Positions 45,141-58,269 of a stretch of 64,000 nucleotides of DNA are shown here, piece by piece; positions within the stretch are counted from its first letter, which is position 1, and every line of letters begins with the position of its first letter. The position numbers and the translations under genes are program-made. Under the pieces are notes generated by a model. The model was not told where the DNA came from. It worked only from the letters and a program-made list of their open reading frames with translations, and did no database searches. Source of the DNA: Vicugna vicugna (Eukaryota); the NCBI GenBank assembly GCA_013265495.1, contig MU057887.1, positions 2,141,576 through 2,205,575 of the forward strand, written 5' to 3'.

Positions 45141-48100
45141 TGGGGAGAACTTTGCAGAGGCCGGGTCAGGAGGCTTTGGCGCTGTCTGCGTGTTCTGCCT
45201 TCCGAGCTTGGCTCTGCTGCCGGGAGGCTGCCAGGGCAGTGCGACCCCTTCTTCCCCCTCTGGGACCAGCCGGGCCCCTCACATCAGCCCCTCCGTGCCG
45301 GTGTAAGCAGGTGCAAGGTCAGGACTATCCTGTGGCCCCGCCCCCTGCCGCCTGCCAGTGTGCCCTGGACTTGGGGCGAAGTGGGCAGGTGATCGGGGCT
45401 CATCTTATTTCTCATAAGAGTGGTGGGGAGTTCCTCAGTGGTTTGTGAGCGCCTTAGATGTTAACCCCAGCAGCACTCCTGGCAGACAGATGGTAACCAT
45501 GGTGACGGATGCACGAGCTGGGGAGGAGAGGTCTTGTAATGAGTCCCAAGGTCACCTGGCTGGTCACAAGGTCACAGGACCCAGCCCGGGGCTGTCTGTC
45601 TCAGAGCTTCTGTTACTCACTGTGTCACAGGCTGGGCATCGCCTGGCATTGAGAACCGGGCTGTCAGGAGTTAAATCAGGGCTCTGCAGAACCTCGCACA
45701 GAGCCGTGGGAGATCACCGCCAGGACCCAGGCTGGCCCAGCTCCCGGCGCTGGTTGCTCTTTACAAATTGGATGGATCGGTCCTCCTCTTGCTCTGATGC
45801 TCAGTTGACATCTAGAAAGTGTCCACACCTCAGCTGAATTGTCCCGCCAGCAAATTAACGCCTTGGCAAGCTCTCCATCAGTGACCCCTGCCAGGCCTCT
45901 CTCCTCCCCTTCATCTCCTTCCTGCTGTGTCCTGGATGCCTCACGGGACACCTGGCGAGGGCTGCCCAGGGGTCTGCACCCCTGGCCTCCTGGATCTGCC
46001 GCTGCTGCAGAGAGCAGGGAAGCTGCTCTTCCAGGAGGAGCCTTAACACTGGGAAGGCTTTGCTCTGTCTGCCAAGAAGGGACTTATTAACATGTCTTCA
46101 AAACTCCGTTTTCATCTCCCACCCACTCCCCCTCTCTCCTCAGGGGACTCTGAAACACCAGAGCTTTGAAGAAGAAAGCCGCCTTGCTTCTGCGGGAGAG
46201 GGAATCTGAGCTCACGCACATCATCCCTGAGACATCCTGACGCGTGTTTGATCGCCAGGCTGATGCTAAGTGCCCAGTCCGCTGATCCTTCTGATTTATC
46301 CTGACATCCTTCTTTTCATTTTGAAGTTTGGGCTTGGCCGTGGGAGGAGGTGCCTTTCCTGGGACCAGGAGAAGTTAACTTTGGGCAGACTCCTGCATCG
46401 ACAAGCTCACAGCTAAAAATTGGCTCCTCGGCCCCTGCAGTCGCCAATCATTGAGATGCAAATTCAATAGAAAAGAACCACAGGTGTCCTCTGCAGCTGG
46501 AAATCAGGCTGCATTGAGATGGGGACGGACGCCAGTGTCAGGAAGCCGCCTTCCCAGGCTGAGGAGCAGGGAAGTTCCCTCCTCTGTCAAACTGTCAAAT
46601 TACTCGCCCCAGGGGAGACGCCAGACTCCTGGCAGCCCGCTGTTCCTGCCCGCCTGTCCACTGCTGGAAGGGCTGGCCCTGCCAGGGACCCAGCCTGGCT
46701 GGGGCCCCTCTTCCGGGAAGGAGGAGCTGCAGGGATCTGGTTCTGCCCCGATGGCCCTGAAGGCGTCCGTGTGCTGGCCTCTCCGGTCAGCATCCGCAGA
46801 GAGGAGACGTCCTCTGAGGCCTGTCGTGCGCCCCATGAATAAATACGAGCTGAGGGCTGAGCCCATCTGACCAGCTCGGCTGCTGCAGCTTTCTGACAAA
46901 TGTAACCCTGCTTCTGATGGGAGAGTTTTGCTCTGTTTTTGAATTTCATATAACTAATAGTTGTTCCTTCTAAACTCGGTGTCATTGAGTGTCTGGGTGT
47001 TCCAAGATTTGTCTGTGAATCAATTTCTGTGACAGGTAACACCATCAGAGACTCGGAGCTGGGTGCGGGCGGGCAGCACATTTCAGCATCACTTTATTTG
47101 CCGACGGACTCATGTGTAGCTGCAGAAAGAGGGCGGGGAGGCTGGGGCTCTCACAGACCCCTCCCCAGATTTCCTTCAGGTTAGCAGGCACACCCAGGGA
47201 GTGACAGCTTCTCCCTGGAGGGGAGAGGCTCCTGCTGCGGACGGAAGCACAGCCAGCCTGGGGGCGCCACGCTCGCTGAAGGACAGAGTGGCCTGCGCCC
47301 GGGCCTCCGTGGGCTCCCTGGGGTCATGGACTAAGTCGCCCACGTTCACCCGACGCCATGGGCCTCCAGCTTGTGTGCTGGGACGTGAGCTGAAGGCCAG
47401 GCCTCCCCGCGCTGCGGGTTTTACCATGCGGGCACAGCACAGGGGCACGTGGACAGGTGCTCGTTCGTCCCCACTTTCTCCCACTTTCACTAGCACCCAC
47501 CCTGAGCAGAGGCTTCTCTGGGTGTCGTGTCTTCCTATGAACGAGATGCTCTTTCTCTGTCTCCAAACTTTCCTTGTGAACCTTTAAAGTACACTGAGCT
47601 ATTCAAACAGAGGCCACCCACCCAAGCAAGCACATGCTAATCCCGCCTTGGACCTGGCAGCCGGGGCTCAGCTCCCTTCTCTGTGCCAGTGGGCGCCAGG
47701 TGGTCACCGGGCCTCTGCCCTGGACAGACGTCAGCATCGGCCAGGTGCCCTGAGCATCCTTCTGGATGCAGGGCCCCAGGGAGCCTTGGCACGGGCACCT
47801 GCCGCAGGGCCTCTTCTCTGGGCCTGGGCTGCGTGGCTCCCACGGGGCCGGGTCTCTGATGCGGGCTCTGTGGGTTCCAGCGGTGCAAGATAACCCTCCT
47901 GCAGGGGTTCTGATTGTGTTTCCTCCTCCCTGATAAGGTTTGGAAAGTAATAATGAAAGGTGCCCCAAGGAAACAAGGTAACAGGATTAAAGTGGGGAGA
48001 GGCAGGCGCAGCCAGGCGAGGGGCCCTGGTGACCTGCAGGCAAGCCCTTCCTCTTATTGTCACTAAAGGGATTATACAGTTTCCTTCTCAGATGTTAAGT

Positions 48101-48449
48101 GCTGGGACCAGAAGTGTCTAATTAAAGTACATTCCAAAGGGAAAGACAGCGGCCAGGCAGGCCTCGGGAAGAGGCCCAGGTGTGCTGTCTCGCGGCATCC
48201 TTATCGAGAGGCTGGGAGACTCAGCCCCGGCCTGGGGACCAGGAGTAATTAAAACACCTTTAATTGGAAGATTCCGCGATGCCTTCTGCACAGTGGAGCG
48301 TCGTTGCCAATCTGCTCCCCTGGCCTCCTGTGGGAAGACATTGAGAAGATCAGAACTCTCCTTAGGTGGGAAAGAGCTTTCAAAACAGAGCTTGGCTGTG
48401 GCTGTGTCTACACCCATGAAGCACGGGACAGGGCCCTGAACTGCGAGGT

Positions 48450-49026
48450 TTTTACCGAACTTAGGTTTGGCTCCTCCCTGCTTGAAAGCCAATACTCCAG
48501 AGATGGGTGCTGGCAGGAACAGAAAGGCTGCTTATTCAGGAAGCTGGCAACCTGGGGAGATGGCGGATTCATGTCCAAAAGCCAACTCTGAAGACTGCTC
48601 GACCGTGCAAATGTTAATGGGAGAACCGTTTGGGGAGGGGATCGGAGAGGTCCTTATCTCCACAGTGTGCAGCCTTCCTCCTGGCTGGTGGGTGGGGAGG
48701 TAGCGGGGCGGTGCTCCAGGAATCCTGTGCTCAGCCTTCAGTGACCACCCTCTACCTGGGTGGGCGTCTTAGTTCACGCAGAAGGACCAAAGACGTCGCT
48801 ATGCGCATTCCTTGAGGAGGAGCCAGGACCCTGGCCCCGGGCTGCATGGCTGCTTCTTGACTGCCCCTCCCTGTCTCTGCGTCCCCTCTGTCTCTGACTG
48901 GCAGCCGTTTGGAACTCAGGGAAGCTCAAGGCAGCTGAAGGAATCCTATTTCCTACTAACAAGAAATGGGGGGGCACAGAAAGGATTTGTGCCCAGGAGG
49001 ACCCCACAGGGCCCTGCTCCGTTACA
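48450..49026 (-). mobile_element. ERV1-type solo LTR (577 bp) with 4-bp TSD
   Basis: Ends TTTTACCGAAC (TGTTACCGAAC-like) and CCGTTACA. AGGT at 48446-48449 and 49027-49030. Internal text resembles recalled laurasiatherian ERV1 LTRs. Confidence 0.75.
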
Positions 49027-49166
49027 AGGTGAGGAGGTCAGCCCTGGGGGTTTCCCAGGCGGGACGTGTAAGTGACCAGCGCGTCCCCGAAGGGAAGGAG
49101 AGCTGGGCGAGCAGCCGTGGCGTCGGGCTTGAATGTCGGAGGCGAGGGAGGGGATCATGTTGAAGA

Positions 49167-49500
49167 CTGGATTAATTTTCTCCTCTGCTAGAAGAAGTTA
49201 CCACGAACGTAGTGGTTTGAAACCACACAGTTTTACGATCTTACGATTCTGGAGAACAAAGTCCACCACGGGAGGTCAGGGCTGCGCTCCCTGGAGGCTC
49301 TGGGGGGCTCTGTTTCCTGCCTTTTCCAGGCTCTCGAGGCTGCGGGCCCCTTCCTGGCCTTCCAACCAGCATCTTCCAGTTCCTCCCTGTGTCTCTGACT
49401 CGTGTGCCCATCAAACGCCTGCAGGTTCCCTGAAGTCACATCACGGGTTCGGGGGTTGGGACGTGCACACATTTCAGGGGTCATGATTACACCCACTCGA
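49167..49500 (-). mobile_element. MLT1 (C/D-like) MaLR LTR
   Basis: GTTACCACGAACGTAGTGGTTTGAAACCACAC...TCTTACGATTCTGGAG...CAGGGCTGCGCTCCCTGGAGGCTCTGGGGG...CCTGCCTTTTCCAG. Confidence 0.75.
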
Positions 49501-49604
49501 ACCCCAAGGAGGAGCCGGCAATCAAGTCACAGGGCCCTTGTCTAAAGGGGGACCCGGGACGGAGGAGGACGGAAATGCCACCTCCATTGCCCTGTTGTGT
49601 TCTT

Positions 49605-50170
49605 CTTAAAAAATTTTTGGTGAAACGCAAGTAACATAAAACTGACTACATTAACCATTTTGAACTGGCGCCGAGTACAGTCAGGATGCTGTGCAACTCA
49701 GGCGAATCTCCCCCAAGAGAAAGCCAGGCCCATTTAGGAGTCCCTCCCGCCCACCTCCCGCCGCCCCTGGGGGCCACCGAGCTGCGTGTGTCTCTCTGCC
49801 TGCCTGCTCTGGACAACTCACTGCAGTGAAACCGCACAACACGAGGCTCTGGCGTCTGGCTTCTTTCGCTTGGCGTGACGTGCCCGGTGTCATCCATGCT
49901 GCACGCGGTCGGGACTTCACTCCTTCTTACAACCGAGGAACGTTCCTGTGACGTCGTGTGGATAGACTGTGTTTTGTTTATCCGTTTATCACCCACTGAT
50001 GGACGCCTGGTCGTTTCCACCTCTCGGCTCCTGAGAATAACGCGGCTATGCGTGTTCATGTGCAACGTTCTGCTTAAATAGGGTCCGTTTTCAGTTCCCT
50101 GGGGAATACTCCTGGGGTGAAGTTCATGGGTCACCTGGCAGCCCTGTGTTCAGCAGATGAAGGAACGTTT
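49605..50170 (-). mobile_element. L1MB-like 3' end, GC-shifted
   Basis: TAACATAAAACTGACTACATTAACCATTTTGA...CTGGCTTCTTTCGCTTGGCGTGACG...TTTTGTTTATCCGTTTATCACCCACTGATGGAC. Confidence 0.8.
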
Positions 50171-50874
50171 TTCTCCCTCAAACAGCGCTGCCAGGTGAGT
50201 GGTTGTCCCTGATGTTTAGACGTAAAGAACCGGGCTCAGGGGGACCACACGGTTTCCCCACAGGGTGACTGTCAGAATGTGGCAGTTCTCACAGGAAACG
50301 GCCGCTTCTCCCCAAGGCCCTGGATGGCGAAGACCAACTGGTCTGAGACGGGACATGGGAACAGAAGGGAGGTCACCCAGACCCAGGGCCACGTCCACCC
50401 CTGGGGCCAGAGGGAGGTGCCGTCGGGGCCTGGCAGTCGGGTCTTTGCACAGGGAGCTCTGAGGCCAAGTGGGCCTCAAGGATTTTGATTACAGCTCCTC
50501 CCTGCCACTGTTACGGAAACGACAGGCCAGTCAGGAAACAAGCACCTCTCGGAGGGTTGGAGCACTCAGGTGTGTCATGCCGACGGGCACAGAGGGGCTT
50601 CTGCTCCGAAGCTCTGAGCACCTCCAAGACGTGCGCATGAGGTTTTATAGGGTAAAGTACAAGCTTGGGGTATTCGGCCAATAGGCATGGGACAGCTTTA
50701 GCAGCATTATCATCACAAAAGTGGAGGCAGGGAGGCAGCAAACCACCATTCCAAAGCCAGACATGTATCTTTGAAAACCCAGCTGGCTGGCAAAACACAT
50801 GAACAGCAAACCAACACTAATTAACCTAGATTTACAAGTTAGTCCAGCAGAACTCAGATCAGTATTCCAATGCT

Positions 50875-50972
50875 TAGATTTGTGACTTATCTTGTTAGCC
50901 CAGCCCAGCCTCTCCTTCACTTTCCTAGACTTGTGAGGTATCTTGTTAGACCAGCCCAGCTTTTCCTTCACA
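50875..50972. repeat. 51-bp tandem duplication
   Basis: TAGATTTGTGACTTATCTTGTTAGCCCAGCCCAGCCTCTCCTTCAC (50875) versus TAGACTTGTGAGGTATCTTGTTAGACCAGCCCAGCTTTTCCTTCAC (50926). Confidence 0.85.
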
Positions 50973-53900
50973 TCACCGCACTCCTCACCAGAGGGACCAC
51001 GGTGCTTCAGTGGCGTCTGTCTAGACCACAGGGCTGTGACACGGGGGTGGGGTGGCTGAGAGACAGCACTGCGGGGAGGAATCCATGAGGCAGGTGGTAT
51101 GACGCCTGAGGAGTGGCATGGATCGTGCCCAGGATGAGTGCAGGTAGAAGTACAGTGGTGACGACCTCTGGCCTCCCCTGTTGATGTGATTCCAGGGTCC
51201 ACGCCGACCACGTCACATGGAGCCGGGGGAGGTGCTCACTACCCCGGAGAGCTGCTTTGTGTCCCCCAAAAAGATGACTTCAGGGTCACTCAGGGCCTTA
51301 GGTTTCAAAGATTATCATTTGATTTATTAAAATCCCACGTTAAAAATAACTTCTTTACACCTTTAGGTCTGACTTTGATTAATGTTTGATTCTATTTATA
51401 AACTTAGATAACTACATTCCCTGAAATATTTCAAGTGGAATCAACATGCCTAATATTAGATCTTCCTCCTCTTCTTTTATTTCAATTGTCTGACCAGCAA
51501 ACAACCCTCGCAAACGTTTCTACGGTGCCTGTAGTTCTCACAAATTAAACTGACTTGCAGAGAGCCCCTCGTTCTCCGGGTTTCAACACATTTTGTGAAC
51601 TGAGTGGCACTCTCTTGTTCCTCTTACGACAACCTTTCTTAACAAGTGGGAGACTAATATTAAAGAGCACAACCTGAAGGGCTTGAGTGAGTGACGAAAG
51701 AGTGGTGCACACCAAGGAAACGCACCCTCGCTGCCAGCGAGAAGGCGAGAGCGCCAGCCCGGGGGCCCCCCGCGGCCCCTCCCGGCTGCTACCCGGCACG
51801 GAGTCCCTCTCCCTAAGGCTGAGTGGACGGCCTCGCCCGGGGGGCCCTCGGGAGTCCGGCGTCTAGCAGACAGTTGTTTCTTGTTTCTTGTTTTCACTTT
51901 TCACTCTTGTTGATACGTGATGACGACAAGCAAGTAATTACCATTCCTTCCACCCCATCTGCTGCTCACTCCAGGTCGCTCGTGACTCCTGCGTCGGTTT
52001 ATGTGGAGGGTTAGCGCGTTAGAGCAGTGGCCTTAAGTTAGAACCGTCATCCCTCTTGTCACCATGCGGAGGCCTGGCGTGGCTTGGTCTGGCCGACTTC
52101 GGGGCCTGCAGGCGCCTGCAGCTGGGCAGCGCAGGGCATCCTCAGACCCTCTCCTCCGCGCCTCCTTTCCTGTCTGCTGCCTACAGACGAGACGGCGGCT
52201 CTCCTGGCTCTCCTTTCTCGACCAGACCCTCCCCTTCTTGAGCTCTTAATGAGTGGGGCCATCTGAGCCTCACATTATCACCAGAACACGGGCTTAATTA
52301 TCTCGTCAAAGCCAGAGGACACTCACACAAAAGGCTGAATAAATGTGTTTCTTGCCAAGTAGCAGAGAACCATCTCCCTGGACAAAGCGACCGCTGGTCA
52401 CACGTGGGGTTGGGGGGGTTTGGAGCCCAGAGATCGGCAGGCTTCTGGAAGAGGGAGGATCTGGGGGCTGTGCGACCTTGGCTGTGGATGCCTGGTTATC
52501 AGAACGGGGCTGCCACTCCTGGGTGTCACTTCATAGTATACTTGCTGCCGGGAAATAGTCCTCAGCTGATTAGGACCGGCTTCAGGTCAGTTTGGGAAGT
52601 TACCTCCGGCCGTGGGGACAGGCGGCAGCTGGCCCGCTCTTCTCTTGCATTTGGGGCAGAGGATTTTTGTTCTCATTGTCATAACATGCTTGAGAGCACT
52701 GAGGCTCAGACAGGTGAGCACATTTCCTAAGCTTGTGTACTTACCAGGCGGCACATTAGGGCCTTGAGCCTGGGTCTCTCCGAAGTCCATGCTTTTATTT
52801 GCACATTTTTATCAAGCAGTGCTTTGGTTTGCATGTTCACAAAGGGCTGTTCATCACAGTCCTCGCTTCTTGGTGCGTTGTCTCAGTCGTTCCCTGCAAG
52901 GATGTTGTTTTTAATACTGCTTTTTTCTATTTTCCCTTCATCCCAGATCCTGACTGCCAGCCCCTCTTTTCCCACCCAGTAGAGTCACTCCTTCTAATGT
53001 GTTATCTGTCCTTAAATATCTGTGCCCCTTTGAGGGTCTGATTTTCAAGAGTTATGTGTTCATCTTAAATTTCCATACCTGTTGTGCCACAGACCTCATT
53101 CCGTTTCTTAAGTTTTTTTGCTCAACACTGTGTTTTAAATGTGTGCCCACCTTTCTGCACAGACTTCGAACCTTCGATTCTCGGCATGCAGCTACCACGG
53201 CCTCCACAGCTTACCTGTTCTGCTTCTCACTCATCATCACCTGGATAGTCTCTGGTCCTTCCCCCACCCTCACCCCTGTCACCAAACACTATGGCACCCT
53301 CACCCCTGAGATACGACTTTCTCTGGGTTCTCACCCAGGAGTAGGGTTGCTGGGCCACGGGGGGGCCACAGTTTCACCAGGGACAGCCACCTTGCCGTGC
53401 AGACTGGCCTGGCGGGCTGTACCCCTCCAGCAGTTCACCAGGGTTTCATTTTGCCACATCCTCACCAGTGGTTTCAGACTCTTTGAAAGCGCTGCCAGTC
53501 AGGGGGCCGGGTGGGAAATGCAGTCTTGTGATTGTCTGAACCCGCACCTCTGTGATTCCCACGGAAGTCACACATCTCCTCATGCGCGGCGGCCTTCGCG
53601 CTTCCCCTGCTGTGAGCGCCTGTCAGTACACCTTCCCCTCTTACCGATCTCGCACCCTCATCGTCCCGTTGGCTTTGATAACCCCTTGCGTATTCTGGAC
53701 ATAAACTTCTTGGTGTTTTTTTAAGAAGCAAACGTTCCCAATCTGTCACCTGTCTCTTGAATGACATCATTCTACCTTGAACCCAAGTCTTTAATTTTGT
53801 TATGGTTAAATCCATTTGTTTTTCTGCCAGATTCTGTACTTTTTCAGTATTATACAAGGAGTGCATATTCAGTTCAAGACAAAAATTTCCCCAGCAATTT

Positions 53901-55002
53901 ATCCTCTTACTTTATTGTTCTTGCACTTAAACTTTTGACCAATCTAGAGATCACTTTCCTTAGGATGTGAGGGAGAGTTCTAAGTTTTGTTTTATCCATA
54001 AAGTGGGGAATATCATCTGTTAAACAAATCTATTCCTTCTCACTGAAGTGTGAGGTAAGTGTTCTCACAGAACAGACCCCTGGACACATAAGTCTGCCGC
54101 TGAGCGGTCTGTCTGATCCCACCTGTGTATTTAATATTTCTATACCACAACCACATTTCTTTAAAACTAACGTTTTGCAGAATATCTTCATACCTTGTAG
54201 GCCGGGTCCCCTTTCATTCATCTCCACTTTTCTGAAATTGATTTGTTTTCACAGATCTTTATGTTTCCACATAAATGTTAGAATAAGATTGTTGAAGTTG
54301 ACAAAATTTACTCTTGAAAAATTTTGTTGACTCTCATTAAAGTAAGGCTTTGGCAGAGAATTAGAATTGCCAGCTCTTTGAATAAACTATACCATTGTCG
54401 AATATGGTACATTTTCCCTCTATTCTGGTCTTTCGTTACATCCTTGGGTGAATTTTAAAGCTTTCTCCATAAAGGTCTCATGAATTCTTCATCAGATTTA
54501 TTCCTGTGCACACTGTGGCTTCCCCAGCTATTGTAAAGGTTGTATTGTTTCGCTGTGACGTGTTTTAGTTAGAAATTACCAGGGTGAGGGAACACCACTG
54601 CAGCGCTGACACTGCGCCTCTCAACTTTGCAGAACGGTTGTCAGTCCGACACCTTGTCTGTTGACCTGGTGGGTTTCCCGTGCAGGCGATCATGTTATCC
54701 ACAAGCAAGAACCACTTCGCTCTTGATGTGTCCCTCCCCCTCTTGCTGACCTTTCTCTCAGTTCTCCCTCAGTCGAGGCGTTGCCAGGAGAGGTGATGAT
54801 GGCTACGATTTTCTCATTGTGGTCTTAAAGAAGCCACGTCTCAAATTAACCCACTGAATGCGGTGTTTGCTGTAGAACACAAGCTCATAGTTACTTGCCA
54901 GATAAAGAAAGTTCCCCTTTATTTCCAGTCTTCTGACATTTCGTTGAAAGATATGTTGGTTATTTCCAAGTGGTTTTTGGGGCTTCTCCTGACCCAGCCA
55001 AT

Positions 55003-55004
<2 letters not shown>

Positions 55005-55032
<28 letters not shown>
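55005..55032. repeat. (AT)14 microsatellite
   Basis: Directly visible. Confidence 0.9.
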
Positions 55033-55036
<4 letters not shown>

Positions 55037-56107
55037 TTATTCAGCTTAGTACCTTGAAGTGGGAAATTACATTCATAGATTTTCAGATGTTCAATTTTCT
55101 TTTCATTCCTTTGATAAACTTACCTGTGATGGTATATTATTATTTTTGACACAACATTAAAGTCAATCAGAAAATATGCAAATAAGATGATTCATAAGTG
55201 AACTGAGTCTACACTTTGCTTTTTGAAGTGTTTCTCGGCAGCTTTGGAATCAGCGCAACACTGGACGTTTAAAATGGACGGAGCGTCCTCACCCCCTCTC
55301 TCATCATTTGCAGCAACTTGTAAGTTGTGGAAACAGAAATTCTCTCTTCTTTGAACCTCTGTTGTAACTTTCCTGTGGGGTTTTCTAAGCCTGATCGTGT
55401 TGTTGTTTTGTTTCGTTTCCCCTTGGGGGGAGGTTTAATTACCATTGCAAATTCTAAGCTGAAAATTTCTGTTTCTTCTTGCCAAACTGAGGATATTGTA
55501 TCTTTCCAGAAGTGTATCCATTTTGCCTCTTTTTTTTCCTTTTTAATGTATGTCTTTATTTCAGAAAATCTCTGTTGTTTATGTGGTTATTTTCTCTTTT
55601 GGGTCCCGTTGTTCACAGATTCTCATCTTCCCCTCCTTTTATTGATCAGATTTGCCAGAGGTTTGTACATTTGCTAATCTTTAAAAGAGAGAGATTTTGG
55701 CTTTGTGTTTCTTCTCTGTTTCATTGATCTCTGTTCTCATCTGCTGCGCTTGCCTTCTTACTTCTCTGGGTTGCTTCTGTTTCTCCTCTTCTTTTCTCCT
55801 TGAATTGAATGCTTGGCTCATTTCTTTTATTTTTTTCTTACTTCCTGATAATATACTTAAATGCATGCAGCTGTCACTGTAGTGTGGCCCCATTATTTTG
55901 TATTTCTTTCATGCTTACTTGCGATCTTAAAGTGTTTTTAGCAGAATGACTGATTCCTTAGTTTTGGGACATATGAGGTTTTATTTGCCTTTAATCAAAT
56001 TTTGTTCCCGATCTCTAATCTCATTGTGTCGTGCTCGAGGAGTGTATTCGGCTGCGTGGCTTGTTTGGGTGTGCCGGACCTTCTGTGGCTGTGAAAGCTC
56101 CCCTACG

Positions 56108-56129
56108 CACACACACACACACACACACA
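56108..56129. repeat. (CA)11 microsatellite
   Basis: Directly visible. Confidence 0.9.
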
Positions 56130-58269
56130 TTTTGCTTTGAGCTTTTTATTAATGTTGTCGTTCAACTTTTATATGCATTTATGCTTTTTTGTTTCGGGCT
56201 TTTTTCTCTTTTGTCCCTCTGATCTGCCAGTTCCGAAGAGGGCTGGGCTGAGACCGTGGGTACTAAGTTTTGCTGTCTCCACATCCCCCGTAGCCCTGGC
56301 GGCTCTTACTTCGGGTGTTGTGATGCGGTATTTTAATGGGCGTGTGTATTCACAGCCACTGTCCTCTCACCTGCTCTGTTGTGTCAGGGCACAGCACCGC
56401 TCTTTGTTGTTATGATGCTTTTCACCTTAGCGTCTATTTAGTCTGATAATGAAAAGTGCTACCTTGTATTTTTGCAAATTTCTTATTGAAATAGCCTTTG
56501 TAAACCACCCATACACCTACTTTCAAATGAGTTCATTCACTAGTGCGTGCAGGTCGCCGTGTCTGTTCCTGCTTCTCATTCTGAATCAGGGCCTCGGCCT
56601 CTAGGCTAACTCTTGGAACGGAGAGCCTGCTCCCGCGGGCTGAGGGGTCGTTCTCAGCAACGAGGCTGGAGCCAGGCTGAGGACGGCAGCTCTGCCACAT
56701 CTGTGGGGAAGAGCCCCCCGTCTTTCCCCCCAGGGGCTGCGGGACACGAAGCTCTTTTTTGTTCTCTCCCTCCCTTTTCCTTCCTTCTTTCCTTCCCTCT
56801 TTCCCCTCTCTCTCATTTGACTTTTACTTCTTTTTCTGAATTTTAATACAAATACATCATAAAGGGCACAAAGCGTATACACAGGCTGATAAACAGTGGC
56901 TAAAAAGAGGCTCCCCTGCACACCAGCACCCCGCCACGCGGGGGCACATGACCAGCAGCCTGGGACCCCCTCCCCGGGCCCCTCTGCCGTGCCAGCCCCG
57001 CGCTCCAGGTCACAGCCGCCTGGGCCTCGGAAACCCTCGCTTGGCCGTTTTGTCATCAGACGTCGAGCCCTGCCTCTGTGGAGCTTCCTGCGAAGGGCGC
57101 GGTTTCCTGCTTGTGCACAGACGGAGTCGCACGTCTTCTCACGGAGCTGAAGTTCCGTTTCGGCGTTTCACTCGTGCTTTGCACACGCCCGTGTCCCACC
57201 TCCTTCCAGCACAGGCTGGTGGTCACCGTGGGTGTCTGCAGACGGTCCGCTCTCCAGCTGACGGCCGCTGGCGGGTCCCAGCTCCCGGCCTTGCGAGCCA
57301 GGCTGCCGAGAGCAGCCCTGCCACGTGTCCTGGCAGGCAGGCTGGCGAGTGTTTCTAGCACGTTCTAGCGGGGTGGGGGCTGCAGCCCGGTCTGCGCGCT
57401 TGCTGGCAGCCTGGCCCGGGGTGAGCAGGCGCCTTCCAGAGAAGGCGTCCGGATTGGACCTTCCGCCGTCAGGGTCTGCGAGCTGTGATGGCCCCACCAT
57501 CGCACTGATACTGGTGCTGCCAGACTTTTACTAGAGGATCGATCAGTTTACGTGTGAATCTTAAAACTTATCTTTCAGTCTTGTGGGCACATGCCGGCAA
57601 GGCTTTGTTTTGCCTTTCCCTGATCGCTGATGGGGGAATGTTTGTCACGTACAACGTGGGCCCCATCTGGTTCTCTCTTTTTAAGTATCTGTTCCCATCT
57701 TTTGACCATTTTTCTTTTGAGTTGTTTTCCTTTTTTTATTGATTTGTAAGAGTTTTTCTTTTTAATACTATGCTTTGGATATCAACTTTTTTTTTTTTTA
57801 TTCTTTTGGTTACAGATACTGCTAATATCTTTTCTATCCTGTGTCTTGTTTTTCATTCTCGGAGAGTGTCTTTTGATGAACAGAGGCTCCTACTTTCACT
57901 GCAGTTGAACTCATCTATCTTTTTATATGCCTGAGAAAAATCTAACCTCACCCTTGCATTAAATAACAGATTAGCTTGATCTAACAATCCGAGCATCATT
58001 CTCCCTTTAATGTGTAAAAACGATGACACTGCTGCCTCACTCGGAGTACTGACACATATGGTACCAACTTGATTCTTACTCATATTCATGGGCATAATTT
58101 TTAAAATTTTTTTCTGGAAGCTTTTAGATTTTTTATCTTTGATGTTTTAAAATTTACTTAAATTTTATCTAGTTTTGTTTTTTGTCCTTATTTATCATTT
58201 TAGGTGGCTCTGAGTCCTTTCAGTTCAGGTCTGTTTTCTCTATTTTGTGCTAATTTTTTGGTGGTCAAT

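Larger units (their letters stand above)
52880..58260 (-). mobile_element. Long mosaic of old antisense L1 (L1M) fragments
   Basis: T-rich + strand with ORF2 antisense phrases (TTCCACATAAATGTTAGAATAAG; TTGATCAGATTTGCCAGAGGTTTG; TTTCATTGATCTCTGTTCTCATC). A second L1 3' end starts at ~56830. Confidence 0.75.

Noticed and set aside
46912..47050. TCTGATGG ... CCATCAGA inverted pair suggesting a hairpin RNA or snoRNA
   Set aside because: Only 8 bp of complementarity, with no properly placed C/D or H/ACA boxes and no extended stem.
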